NCBI GenBank assembly: GCA_907165135.1
Contig: OU015568.1
Location: 2,728,001-2,792,000, forward strand
Length of the DNA stretch: 64,000 nucleotides
Direction of reading: 5' to 3'
Source of the DNA: Oikopleura dioica
Lineage: Eukaryota > Animalia > Chordata
Position 1 is the stretch's first letter. Each line of letters begins with the position of its first letter. Both the position numbers and the translations under genes were made by a program. Below, one piece after another: positions 11,001 through 24,516 of this stretch. The notes under the pieces are model-generated. The model was not told the origin of the DNA, did no database searches, and saw only the letters and a program-made list of their open reading frames with translations.

Positions 11001-14000
11001 AGAAATCTTGACAACTTCAGAAGCAGACTCTCGTCCCGGCTCGCCATTATTTTTGACAGCTCTTGCGTGGCACTGGATTCGAGAACCGACGCCAAAGTAA
11101 ATTGAGTCAAGTGTGATTCGATTAACTGTCGTCATAAAAGTTGTTGCAGACACGTCCTTTATAAATTTTTAACAAGAGAAGAGAGACTTAGATTTACCTG
11201 AAGAGGATGAGTGGCTCCGTTTTCGTCGCTTGGCGCGCTGACTTGCCATCTGTACTCAGTCATTTCATTGTCAATCTGCTCGTCTTCGCAGAGGCTTTGG
11301 ACTTCTTCAAAGACGTCAGATTTCGGGTCGCAAGGGGTGACACAAACGACGGGGTATCCACTCTTTGGCTCTGGAACAGTAGCCGCGGCATTCTTCAACT
11401 TATCGTAATCAGCCAAGCTGATGACTTTAGGACTCGTCGGGAATGTAACGTCCGCGAGGATATCTCGCTGCTTTATGTAAACAATTGTTCGGGGCTGAAT
11501 TATCTCCGGATCGACGCCATTTTCTGGGATGGGATCCTTGATCCAAACGGTAAAGCTTTCCCTGATTTCTTTTCTCTTGTCGTGGAGAATGTCAACTTCG
11601 AAACAGCACTTGTCATCGTCCCGTTCAATTTTGATCATTTTCGAGAGCGGAATGTAGTCAAGTCCAGAATCGGCATTGCCATCCTTAGTATGTATCCGGA
11701 GCTCGAGTTCGCCAGCAAGATCACCAGTTCTGACGACGCAGATTCTCAATCGCTGGGTATTTCCTTCCGCTGGCTCGACAACCTCGTACAGTGGCTTTTC
11801 GAAGCCAACAGTTGGCTGGTCTCCATCATCCTTGATTTTCACGAGGGTGTCAAATCGCTCACCAAGTTTTGCTCCGACTGGCGAGAGAGGAGTTCCGAGA
11901 ACAAGTCGAAAATCTTCAGTGGATTCGAAGCTCTCGTCATTAACGAGCTCGACATCGCATTTTGCGACAGTTTGTCCAGGGACAAATCGAACGATGGAAA
12001 CATCGGTGTTTGGTCGCTCAATGTAATCCTTAGCCACTTGAGCTCCAATTTGCCGGGTGTAGCAGCGGACAGTCGTTTCCTGGTTCAAGTCTCCTTGCCG
12101 GATGATCAGAGCGGTTGCGTGGGCTTCGCTCTCCGAAACTTCTACATCTGGCTTTTGGAATTCGACAGAGGGCTTGTCGTCCTCTCGGTCATCTAAAATT
12201 CACTTTAACCCTTGTTTAAATATCATTTTGAGTCAATCTCGGCCGAAATGAGCTGACCCCTCTTAGATTGAATTCAAAGAAATAATGCAAGTCATAAAGT
12301 AAAATAAAATGAAGTGCACTTAAACTACGATCGTAGACATCCATTTGGCGGCATGAATTTCTTATATTCCTGCCGGCTTCGAAAGTAGATCATCTATATA
12401 AAAGGAAGAAAAAGAAGAAGAATGTTTCGTCTTTTTCTACGAAAATGAGAATCACTTTCGTCCCGATTTTCTTCTTTTTTGTCTTTGTAAGTGCCGACCG
12501 AAAATTGGACGCAGATGGATATCTTGACGTAAGTTTAAATAATTACTCATGAACTAGAGATACTTTCTAGAGAAATTTTGGAGGAGCGAACTGGAAAAGC
12601 ATCAAGGAATTTTTTCGGCATCGACTCGGCGGACTCACAGATCCGATTACCTCTTCTGCTTTTATTTAGTTCTTGATTAAAACTCACCGATAGTAATCTT
12701 CATTTCATTTGGCTGTCCGATAGCACAGTCCTCAGGCATGCTCAAATACACTTCGAATTGTTCGAGTCCTTCCATGACTGGGTTGCCTAGATCATCTAAG
12801 ATTGTTACAGTAACGGTGGCGCTCACTGCTTCCGGCTCAAAAGTTACGACCTTGCTGATTGCTACGTAGTCAGATCCGGCCTCGGCTGCGTGATATTTTA
12901 AATCAGCAATGATGTCATCAGCAGATCTTCGTCTTCTATTTGCACTTGCAAGAGAGGTAGGGATATTTGGAGATCGAGAGCGAACAATGACCGACGATTC
13001 TCCGGTCAGATCGGATCCGCTTCGGAGGACTTGGAATTCTACTTGTCCGACGTTTTCCTCAACATCGATATGTTTTACGTTAAATTTGACAACTGGAGTA
13101 TCAGCGGGGTCCTTGAGAATAACCACTTTTGTTTCATTCATTTCTTCGTCGATTCGACCACCGGTTGGTTGAGACAAGACGACTGTAAAGTTTTCTTCTG
13201 GCTCGTAAAGCGAGTCATCAATGATTGTGATTTCGCAGAAAGCTTCCTTCTGACCAGGACCGAATCTAATGACGCTTTGGTGCGATTCCGGTCGAGAAAT
13301 GAAGTCGAAATACGATTCAAGTGGGATTGGCCCAGTTCCGCCGGCTGAACCAGAAACAGTGCTGCAAATGACGGCTAGTTCCATCGAAACATCGCCAACT
13401 CGTTGGATGGGAACTCGAAGGATACCGACATTCTCGACAGTATCAATTTGTGGTTCAGGAAGGAAAACGGTCGATTCATCATCTGGGTCGATAATTTCGA
13501 CTGTCGCTCGTGAAGGTTCCTCGATAATTGTCATGATTGGATCAGAAAGTTGAACCTCGAAGTTTTCGGCTTCTTCATAAATGTCGTCGTCGAGAATGCG
13601 AATCTTCCAGACTGCATCGGTTTGCCCTGGATTAAGCTGAACTTGGTTCGAAGAAATAGCTTCGTTCTTGAAATCCAGGAGTTTTTCAGCAAGAACATCG
13701 ATCGTATTGACACTGACGAAGGCTGTCTCACCGAGATAGCCTCTTCTAGAAACGGTGACAATGAGTTCTTTGTCAGCTTCGTCGACAGTGATCATTTCCT
13801 TGGCAAGTGAGGTGAAACTCCAGCGGCAGATAAATTTCAGATCTTCTCGCTTGTTTCCACCTTGGTCGACCAAATCGAAAATGATAAAGTCCTCTGTTTC
13901 TTGGACATCATCGTCAAGAGCGTATCGGATTGCCTTGTCATCAATATCTTTTTGTGTGAAGTAATCGACTTCTTGAGGAACTTGCGCAGGAAGAGCCTTG

Positions 14001-17000
14001 AGAATTCGGCCATGTCTTGGGAGTTCTTTGATCTGGTATTTGAGGTCTGGATTGAAACTGTCTCTGTCTGTGGCTCTTAGATGCTTCTTTGTTATTGTGA
14101 AGGTTTTGGTTCCGTCCGCGTTTTGCTCGACGTAAGAACCGGGTTTGTTCACCACGAGTTTTGGAATTTCATCATCAACTGGGACAATGTCGATGGGGAA
14201 AGTCACCGCTCCACGATGAGTGTCTTTGAGTTCAGGGAACAAATAGAAGTCATCGTGAGTGCCGTCGGTAACAAGGAATCGGAATTGGTCTTTCGTGCTT
14301 TCGCTGCCGTCATGTTTGTAGGTGATCTTGTTGTTCTTCAAATCCGCAAGAGTGAACTCAGATGCGATAAAAGATCCGTCAAAATTGAGACTTCCATGGA
14401 TTGGGTCACCAACGATTGTGACTCGAACTTGCGAATCATCAGTATCTTGGTCTTCGATGGAAACTTCAAAGGGAGAAATAAGTTTCTCAGCGCCTTCATT
14501 CAGTCTGATTCCGTCGACTTTGACCACTGGAAGCTTGTTATCAATGGGCAGAATATTTACACGGAATGTTCGGTAAACAGTATTCGTTCCATCAGTCACG
14601 GAAAATTCAAAAGCGTCCATTCGAATCTCATCATCTGCCGTGTGAACGTATCGAATCTTTGAACCGACCAGTTCTCGCATCGTGAATGTCGTTCTTTTCT
14701 TGCCGGGGCTGTCAGTAGACTCAAGATGGCCCTTGATCGGCATTTTGTTCACCTTGAAGATCAGATCCAAATCGTTGGAATTCAAGTCTGAGGCCTGAAG
14801 AAGATCAGTAGTGATCGTTCTTCGTCCATCTTCAGGAAGAGTAAGTCCCTCATTGAAGACCATTGGGTACAATTTGTCCCCAGACTCGATTTGGATGAAG
14901 AATTTTCTGTCAATAAGTCGATTGAGACCATCGGTGACTTCGAAAACGAAGTAGTCTCGCTGTTCATCAAGCGATTGAAGCGAATCTAAATTTGTTATCA
15001 AATCGAAATTCCGGATAACTAAGAAATTTCACTACAAAAGACTGGCAAGCAAAATTTTTCTCGGCAGACTTTACAGATGTAAGCGAGCAAACAGGATAAT
15101 ATAAACTACAAGACTATGAATTTTGGTCAAAATCCAAAATTTGGGATGAAGGAAGAATTTAATCAAATGACGAGACTCGGATTCAACAACAAAAAGAGAT
15201 ACTATTACCCGTTGTTGAAGATGACGTAAAGTCACTAAAATAGTCCGCCGGCGACAGGGCGTCTGGATAAAAAACAGTGTTACATAAAGAATATAAATAT
15301 GCGCGTATACTTGGCAGAGCAAGTATACAAAGCTATTCTAAAAAACGAAAAAAGAAGACTCACCTTCTCCACGTTTGTAAATCACTCGATTTTCCCAAAG
15401 TCGGCGCATTTCGAATACATCTCCTTCTGAGAGATATCGACCGTCGGGACTTCCATCGTCCATTCTTAGAGTTCCAAGTCGAGGTGGATGAGTGATGATG
15501 ATCATGAGGTCTTCATCTACACTGTCCAAGTCAGTTACCTTGAAATAATATTAAAAGGCCATAAAATAACTGGAAAATTTTAGAAATAAACTGAATGATC
15601 TGAATTTATAAAACAATACCCTCCTGCATATGGATTGTACATTGCGAATACCTTCAAAATATCAGCTCCGATTCTAGCGCTTCTATCTTCATGAGCCATT
15701 TGAAGTCCTCTGTTGATCTCAACTCTTGGCGTCTCATCATCCACAGGGATAATATCAATTGGGATAGTCTCGTCAGTCACATGTTTTCCATCAGTTAACT
15801 GAAGCTTGATCGAGTCTTCGAAGTTTTCAGAATCGTCATGTTCGAAAGCGATTTCATGAGCCTTGAGCTGCTCACAAGTGAAGGAGTCGATCGATTCTGT
15901 CGATTCAAGGGTGTTCATTCCGAGGTAAATTATCTTTCCAAATTTCGGTGGAGAAGTGACGATGAAGGTTAATTCGTCGAAAGGAATGTCAAGGTCGCGG
16001 CAATTCAAAATGCTTTCGTCCAAATTGAGAATATCGCCTTCGCGAACTCTCCATCTCGAGTATTCAATTTTTGGTTCCTCGTCGTTGACAGGATTGATGA
16101 TCACAGTGATCTTCTTCTGGATGCTCTCATTATTCTGCTTGTCTCTGCAACGGATCCAAAATTCATCCGCAGTCGGCTCGTATCCCTTGTGAATGGATTG
16201 GACGTAGTTGATAAACTCGTTAGGAAGATCGGCTGCTCGGAAATCGGTGATGGCTTCTCCCGCTCTTGATTTCTCGCTGCCGGGGAGAGGAGAGATGTTC
16301 TCAAGGAAACCAAATTCTGGCTGCGGGTCGATTCGGCAAATAATATCTTCTGGGCTCGTATCTGCATCATTGATCTCCAAGTGCGATGGATTCACGGAGC
16401 TCTTGCTTCCTTCATCGACAGTTATGCTTTGAAGGACAGTGACAAGTGGGAACTGATTGTCGACAGGGATGATACGAACATGAGTTATGATTTCCATACT
16501 TTCTGCTCTTCCGTGAATGTCTTGAGCCTGAAGAATGAAGAGATCTTGCACCTCTTCTGGTCCAATTTCTTGGTTGTTGTGCTGGTACACGACTCGTCCA
16601 TTCGCCAAATCAGCGGTTGTTACCGGCTGGGTCATTGCTGGCAGAGCAAGGCCATCTTTCAGCAACTGGCCCTTCTCAGGCTGCTTGACAATTGTAAATG
16701 AGAGGTCCTTGTCAGCAGCTTCTGGTGGTCCCAAGAAATATTTAGCGAGGGTCAGCTCGGTTTGGGATCTTTCAGGAACGACAAGAGTAGTTTCAGACGG
16801 GTTTCGCTGAGTTGGCTCTGGAATCACGGGACGAGGGATGACGACAACGTCGACATTCACAGGGAAGGAGTGCATACCGTCGGTTACTTCGAGTCGAATG
16901 ATGTCTTATTTGGCTAGTCATTGTAAGTGTTATTATTTTCATTGAAAACCATAATTTATTTATTGAGTTGGAGGAAGGAAATATTTTTAAAAAGATTTCT

Positions 17001-20000
17001 TAGACGGCTTATGATTTCAATTTTCAAATAATTCAAATTTCAAGAAATAATAAGATAATGCTGATTCAAAGGGTGCATAAAACATATTTGGCATGAACTT
17101 TCAAGCTCTCCCCTAATTACGTCCGCTGGCATCATGACTTTGCGCGCAATTATGGCAATAAAAGCGCACGCACCTGATTCTAACGCTTATGATTACCTTC
17201 ACTCAATCGCCCTAAAACATCCAAAGACCGTATCAAAAATGATTAGCCAGTTTCCTGAAATATCATCATCACCGTTGTTTGCATATGAAATGTCACCAGC
17301 GACAATATCAAGCTTGAAAAATTCTGATCCAACTTCAATCTTTATATCTGCGATTCGCAGCTCTCCGTGAGCAGGCTCCTCGAGCAGCATAAATGCTAGG
17401 ATCTCATCGGCAGTGTCCATATCCGTTACGTCCAATTTATCTTGCGTCACGGTCACAGACTCGCCCTGCATCACCTGCAGGCCCATGTTGGTAACGACCG
17501 GCTCGGCGTTGTCCATTGGCATGAGTTCGATGGTGAAGCTCTGATCATAGAGTGTATTTTGCATGGCGTCGGACACGTGATAGTTAAACTGGACAACGCG
17601 GCGGACAAGCCCCAAATCTCGGTTCGGAGCTTCGTAGACGATTTTCAAATGGTTGACCATTTGCTGGGTGAATTGCTGAACCTCCTGGTTTGTATCTGCC
17701 CAGAGAAGGCGACCCATTGATTGGCCGGTAGCGACATCGTGAGGTTTTGTCGTGATGTCAATCACAACTTCTTCTGGTGGAGATACATTATCGACAAAGT
17801 TGAAATTTGATTTTCGAAGCGGCGCTGTTTCGTACTCATTCACCCTCATTCCAAGAGTACAGGGGTAGAAATTGCAGCGGGGTGGATCATCATCACGTGG
17901 GTGGATGAAAATTGTGTAGTTGAATGACAAGCCTGTGTTGCCCCGAATGTCTGATGCTGTCAATTCGAGCTCTTCGATTTCAACATTCAGTTGGTTTACT
18001 CCTGCGTTGTGCATGTACTCGACCTGCTTTCTCTGCACTTGCTCGGATGTGAAGGTTCTTGTGACAGTCCATTGCCCCTCATCGTTGAGGACGAACAATT
18101 CTCCTTTGGTGAGAGGATTCTGAAGAGTGTAAAGAGTGGGGCCATTGCTGTCAATATCGACATCTTCGAGGTCAATCGTGACATTGGAATTCTTGTAAAT
18201 TTCAGCGCCGAGATTCTTGATGATCTGAGGAGGTTGATCATCGATTGGAACGATCCAGATAGGGAAAAGAATTTCAATCGAGCTTTCTCCATCCGAAATT
18301 TCCATAATAATGTTGTCAACAAATGTATCAGAATCATCGTGCTGATAGACAACCGAGCATGATTCAATGTCGCTTCCGGAGAACATGTCAATCGCCATTG
18401 GTCCAACAAAAATTTGGCCGTGCTTGGTTCCATCAAGGACACGAAGATTCAAATTTCCCGTTGGAGTGTCTTTGTCTGTCAATTTTAATTCATCCGGACC
18501 GATGCATCGACGACTTCCTTCGTAAAGAATGAGACCATTGTTTTCCATGGCGAATGGTGTGTCATTCTCCATCGCCTGGATTTTGATGTAGAAAGGGACC
18601 CAAGGAGAGGTTCCTCCATCTTCGTCGTGGATCCGGAAATTGACCTAAGAATGAAGCTGATTATTAGATTCAAAAGATCTTTTTTTGAACGAGTTTTTAT
18701 GTTAAATGGATGGTTTTTGGCATATTTTTAACTTGGCGGAATATAAAATGATGTTAATAAAGTGTCAAATGGGATGGCAATGGTCAGGTGTGTGTCCTAA
18801 GGCTTGTGCCCCGGGGCGTTACCTTCATTGTCGACTGTATTTGGGGCTATATTGAAGACTGTTAATGACAATATAAAATTGACGAAAAACACAGGACGGA
18901 AACGAGGGCGCGATAGGGTCAAAATGGGGTTGTTAACCCTACTATGGTCTTTTCCGCCCGATACTTCAAAAAAAAAGAAATGTCAAAACATTTCAACTCG
19001 AAAATTTTTGAAGAAAATTTCTTACAGAAAGGAGTCGGTCAAAGGCAGAATCGGCCGCTGGAGGTTGGAAGGCAATTTTGTTGTCAAGCAGTTCCGATTG
19101 GTAAAAGCTCAGAATTGGTCTCGTTCGATCATCAGTGGAAACAAAGAAGCCGGATTTCGGTTGATCATCAAATTCCACGACAAGTAGTCTTTCGTCTGTT
19201 TCGTAGTCTTTTCCGAATAGAACGTCTCGTGTCAGGGCAGTAAGGATAAATTGATCGACGTAGAGTTTCAACTCCGCTTGAGGATCGACATTTGGCGGCT
19301 CGTTTTTCGCAGCAGCGCGAATGTTGATCTGGAGGTCGAACCATTCTCGCTCGTGAACGAAGCCGGACTTGTCTTCAATCTCGATCAGAAGCGGTTGATG
19401 ATCCTTGTCAGGAGTGCCAGTAGCGCCAGAATGCCTGTAATAGATGCCGGAATTAACAAAATCGTCGCAGGTAGATCTGACAGGAGCGTAGGCCAATTTT
19501 CCGTATTTGGGCCAGATTCCAATTTTCGGATTATCAGACAAAAAACGCCGGTCGAAGGGCGGCGATCCTTCGAAAATTGGATAAACTTCGCCGAGCAATT
19601 CTTGATTGTCGATGTAAACTCGCTCTGTTGGGCGGTATGCCTCGGGAATTGTGACGAAGCATTCGAGCTCGGTACTGTCGGAGTAACTGTAATCATCGGA
19701 GGAGATGAAGGAGGTGATCGATTTTGTCGGGTCGAAGTCGATTTTGAGGATGGTGGAGTCGATTGCTTTGGATTCTCCGGCGAGTCGTGTTACTTCTTTT
19801 TGAGAGTTCTTTTACTTTTTAACCGGCAATTCCGGGCACTAATTTACTGAAATATCTTGAGACATCATACCCTAAGCTGCAATAATTCTCAAAAGAAGGT
19901 CCTTAACGGAGCCCACCAGGGTGGCAAATCCGTAGTTATTGATGAACGTGACACTTTTTAACGACCGTAAAAATGTCCCTTTTGAACTTACTCGGCTGAA

Positions 20001-21027
20001 CAAAAATCTCGTAAAAATGCCGAAAACGGTCTTTGTTCCTGACGGCTTTCATTTCTAACAAAATTAGAATTCTTAAGAACTCTTCCTAAGTCATTAAAAT
20101 CTTTAATCAAATCGTGCGGCGTCAGCAAGACTTCAATTTCGATTTGAAGTGGTAAAATTTTCTTCGTCGTCCTCGTTTCATAATGAACTTGTAAAGATAT
20201 CCTGTCGCTTCTGGGCTCTGCTCGCCCGTAATGCTGGTAAAATACTTCATCTTCGGTGAAATCGCATGGGAAGCGATCGACGTTCAATTCTCCAACAACC
20301 TGTTCGATGGGAGAGGGGAGGACGCGAACTTCGCACGTGTTCCCTCCTTCCGCAGAAATTTGTAGATGGGGCCATAAGGGGCTTGATCGGCCAATCGGAA
20401 CCTGAAAAATTTGATTTGAGAAATTTTGGGAACCATAAAAGAAAATCGAAAATTTTGTGTATTGTTTTTATGTCTTAACTGATTTGATTGTTAAGACTCT
20501 AGATTTTGAAGAATTGGACAACCAATCATTGCTGTGTTATGAGAATTCTTTACTAAAACGATTTTACAGAATAAGTGAACTGAAACACTTGTCAATGGGA
20601 CGCTTCAAGAAGCCCAAAAAGCTCCTTGAATGCCTCTCAAAATCTTCCGAAACAGGACAACTTGAACCTGCTTTATTTGACAATTTCGATATGAATCAAT
20701 GAAAGAGTACCTGTATTTTTTCATTTTTGGTGACAATTCGGGCAGGCGCGCGGTCCGGAGGTGCAAAGCCTGTTTCAGTTTTGAAAATGTAGTCTTTATC
20801 GCGACGATCAGGTGACTCACAAGGCGATTTAGAAAAGGCAAAAGTGATAAGCTCGATGCGATAAAAAATTATGGTCTGGGAAAAATCTGTACTCAAATAC
20901 CTAAATTCGCTTTTTTTGAAAAAAAAAAGTTCAATTCAAAATGAAGCCGCATGCGGCTTTTATATTTTATTTTCAAAACCATTCCTGTCTCGGCTGCGGC
21001 CAGTCCAAGAAGACTGAGCCACCTCAT
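8060..21027 (-). CDS. FREM2: FRAS1-related extracellular matrix protein (FREM2/ECM3-like): signal peptide, CSPG repeats, Calx-beta domains, TM, PDZ-binding tail
   Basis: [14 protein letters not shown] signal exon at 21027; N-terminal VPIGR...CEVRV...FPCDF; CSPG repeats (IVYQHDDS, DSFxFxVTDG); Calx-beta (F...V.E..G.v.v.v.R.G, GLDYI); TM segment near 8250-8340; C-terminus SGTEV* at 8060, like FRAS1/FREM2. Confidence 0.92.
12445..12675 (+). CDS. 62-aa secreted peptide precursor nested antisense in a FREM intron
   Basis: Exons 12445-12528 and 12571-12675, GT-AG intron of 42 nt. Product [62 protein letters not shown]. Confidence 0.6.
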
Positions 21028-24000
21028 CGTCGGTGGCTGCTTATTTTCTGTTCAAAAATCATCAATCTTTCAAGTTCCTCCTTTTCGTGTAAATTGATTA
21101 TCAATAAATCCCTTGACCGGAAGCAGGTGCGCTAAAACTTTCTCCGAAAACTTTCAAGCATCCAAAATTGATCGAGCTTGAAAGTTGGAGCTCACTTTGC
21201 GCTCGCGGTCAAAATTCACGCCTGAGCGATTTCCAAAGGGTTCCTGAAAATAAAATGCGCGCGGACAACAACTGCCTAATTGGTGATTATACATAACGGA
21301 GGAAAAAAAAGAAGAAAACTTCAAGGGCTTTTCTTTTTTGAATTGATGGGGCAATATTTATGAAAATTTTGGCGCGAGATTTAAAAATGAAATTTCGGCA
21401 AATTTTTAATTATTTCAAAAAAGTCACTATGAATTTGATTTTATTTTCGACTAAAAATACAAATTTACGCCGGCATTTTTATGAATAAATAAAGTAAGCG
21501 GATCATTTTGTCTTTTTTATCTTTGATGATGAAAATTACCGTTTGAACTCGAAGTTTGATTCTTTTCTTCATTTTTATTTGAGTCAGATGTGCGTTTTAC
21601 GAGCATTTTGAATCGAGCTATTTAAATCATTAGTACAACCTCGTTAACATTTAAAAGTTGATTTTGCTTTGTTCTAACAGATTTATGATCTAAGAAAAAA
21701 GAATCTTCCCTCTGATGAAATATTCGCCTGAAAATAATAACCGTTCATTTGCACCCCACTTGGCCACCTGAAAATCCCACCCGGGCGAGTAGCCTTTACC
21801 CACCAATCTTCCACATTCCAAGGCCCTTTCAAAATGTAAAAAAGACGAGCCTTCGAAAATTCACGGCCATCTAAAAGGACAAAAGGCGGGCTTTTCAAGG
21901 CTTTTGAAAATAAAGAACAATGCTTGACGAAGAAAAAAAGTCCGGCAAACGATGGACAGAAAAGACGCTTTACGGGTTATTGATAATCAAATAAGTTTGA
22001 GTGTGAAAAACATTCATGCTCAAATCGGACTAAAATGCGATTTTGGACTAATACGAAGGATTTGGGTCACGAGACAAGTGACCAAAACTTGATAAAGGAC
22101 CTAAAGAGCCTAACAAAATAGCCGAGTAGCGGCTTTTTTAAACGAAGCCGCAAAGCGGCTTTGCCAGATATAGGAACTTACCCTTGCGAAGCCGTTTTGC
22201 AGCTTTTTTTCTCAAAAAAGCCGCTTTGCGGCTTATCGTTTTAGCCCATTTTTTGCTCTAAGAGATAGTATCCGGGAAAAATGCTTTTCTGCGAAGCCGC
22301 AAGCGGCTTTGTTTTGAAATTTATTCGTTAAAATTACTTTTTTCAATTTTATTTTTGAACAGTTCCTAATCTTCTTGAATCTGTTTTCGCCTGTTTTCTT
22401 CTTAGTTATCTCTTGATTTTAAACTTTCTCTGGTTGAAGAGATCTAAGTTGCCATAGTTTGTTATTAATGTGTTTTGAGATTGAGCGATGAGGTAGTAGA
22501 GTTGAGTATTTTTTTTTTCAAGCGACGACGTTGCGCACAAAGGTCGCTTTTGGCAAGAGCGCCGCCGCGGTGATACGCGCCACGCGCAACACGGGGGCGG
22601 CAAAACTCCCTTTTTTATTTTTAAAAGTGATTTTTATTTGGTTTATTATTTATGCTCATTTATTTAAAAATAAAATAAACACAGCAGAATTATGAATCCA
22701 AAAGCCATAAGAGCACTATCTGTATTTTCGACCTCACATTTTTAAGTTAGCGATATTTGAAAAAATAAATTCTTCACCAAGAATTTTGCTACATTAGAAT
22801 CATCTTAAAACTCCGGATTTACTTGAAGGAACATTTTCGTTATGAAAAAAGATGATGAAAAAAGCTTATAAAACTCTTCCCGTTATAATTTATCATTGAT
22901 AAATCAACATCAAGTTCAAAATCCCAGTAAACCTTTGATTCCGGAGCTCGTTTCCGGATTGAGCCGCCACGTGACTTGCCGGCATTTCCGACATAACCTT
23001 GAGGAAGCATTTATCATTTATCACCAGCTTATTCATTATTCATCAACCCGCTTTTTTCTTGAAATTTTTGTAAAAGACCTTTGAAATTTGCGCTTTGAAA
23101 AATGTTGCTTTCCATCTTTATCAATATAATTTGAATTTTTTTATCGATTGCCAGATTTTAATAGATTTAAAAATTAAAGACGTAGCGCCTTAAAAAGTAC
23201 CTTTTCGAAGAAGAAATCGAAAATCCAAAGTGTCAAATGAAATAACGAGTGGGCCGCTAATCCGAGAAATAAAGCGCGACTCAATCAAGAAAAGGGATGA
23301 AAGGGTGTTTGATCCACGTCAACTGTGTGTCCTTTTTAGGGGCTCATAAATCTGTTTTTCTTGTTCTTTCTTGTTATGGCTTGTAATTATGGATCAAGAG
23401 TGAATAAAGGCGCCCGGCGGCGACATTAATCATTCCCGGTGTTCTCGGCGCCGGATCGAATTTAATCCGGAAATTGAATGGAGATTATATCCAGTCTTTT
23501 TCTGAAGGAAGATCTTTATTTCATTTTTTGCTTATCACAAAGACCTTGCAAGATATACAAGTCCCAGTGCTCGACTTATTTTGCTCTATTAATTATTGAG
23601 AATTAATGTATTGAGACATTTTAAAGTTATAAATTCTCACAAAATGAAGAGTTTATTGTTTTCCCTGATTTGACGATAAAAATTAATAGCAGAATAGAAA
23701 CGTTTATCAGGAGCGCATTTCAATCAGTTTTGACTTGACGATTCTCTTCCTTGATTCCATTTCCTCGATGAAAAATGAATCATGTCGAAGCCTTCGACTC
23801 GAAGCTATTGAAGAGCTTATTAGAATTTTTATGAAAGAAACAGTTATTTATTGGTCCTGTTAGTGGCAAGAAACTTACGATTGCAAATTTATTATCAATT
23901 AGATTAGAAAGTAAAACTGTATTAACATTTTATAAAAATCGGACTTATGGTTTTTCGGACGAATTTTTCTGCCGAAATAGTTTTTTTTCGAGCACTGAGT

Positions 24001-24516
24001 ATTTGAACCCGCCAACCCAATGACTTCTCTACCAGAAAATGCATGTATCCTTGCAAGTGCGTAGTTCCTTTTAGTGGACTATTCTTTGAATATGACTTTA
24101 TTTGATCTGTTGTTTACCGCTCTTGAACTCATCCAAATTATCAAGGTCAACGAGCCGGATCATTCGAAAAGAGGATCAAGACGAAGATCCAGCTCTTGAA
24201 AATTCCAAGCTTGCAAATTCGCCCTCCGGCATCTTATACACTACAATCTTTTTCTCTCTAGGGGGCCTCTTTCAATTTCAAGAGGACCATATCTTCGATA
24301 CTTTATTCGATTTTCCCAGAGTTTGTTTAATTACTGATCGAATGCTTGTTCTGCCTCGATTACAGTAACCGAGCCCAGGCCGAGAGTGAATAAGCAAAAG
24401 AACGCAAAATGGAAGCTTGAAAAAGCGGTAGATCAAATATTGGGATAAAATTGACAAACCGCAGTATAATTTTTAAACAAACGGATTTGAGAAGAGAAAT
24501 TTGAAAGAGGACGAAC

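Noticed and set aside
18825-18860. 36-nt AG...GT-bounded candidate micro-exon in a FREM intron
   Set aside because: Flanking exons are phase 0, where it gives an immediate TAG; no independent evidence for a poison exon.
11207-19850. Long plus-strand ORFs (e.g. 11207-12196, 14081-14662, 19251-19850)
   Set aside because: Antisense shadows of FREM exons; no motifs of their own.
21683-21898. 71-aa minus-strand ORF upstream of FREM
   Set aside because: No recognisable motif; could be UTR exons or noise.
24102-24368. 88-aa ORF upstream of pannexin
   Set aside because: No homology or clear splice context on either strand.
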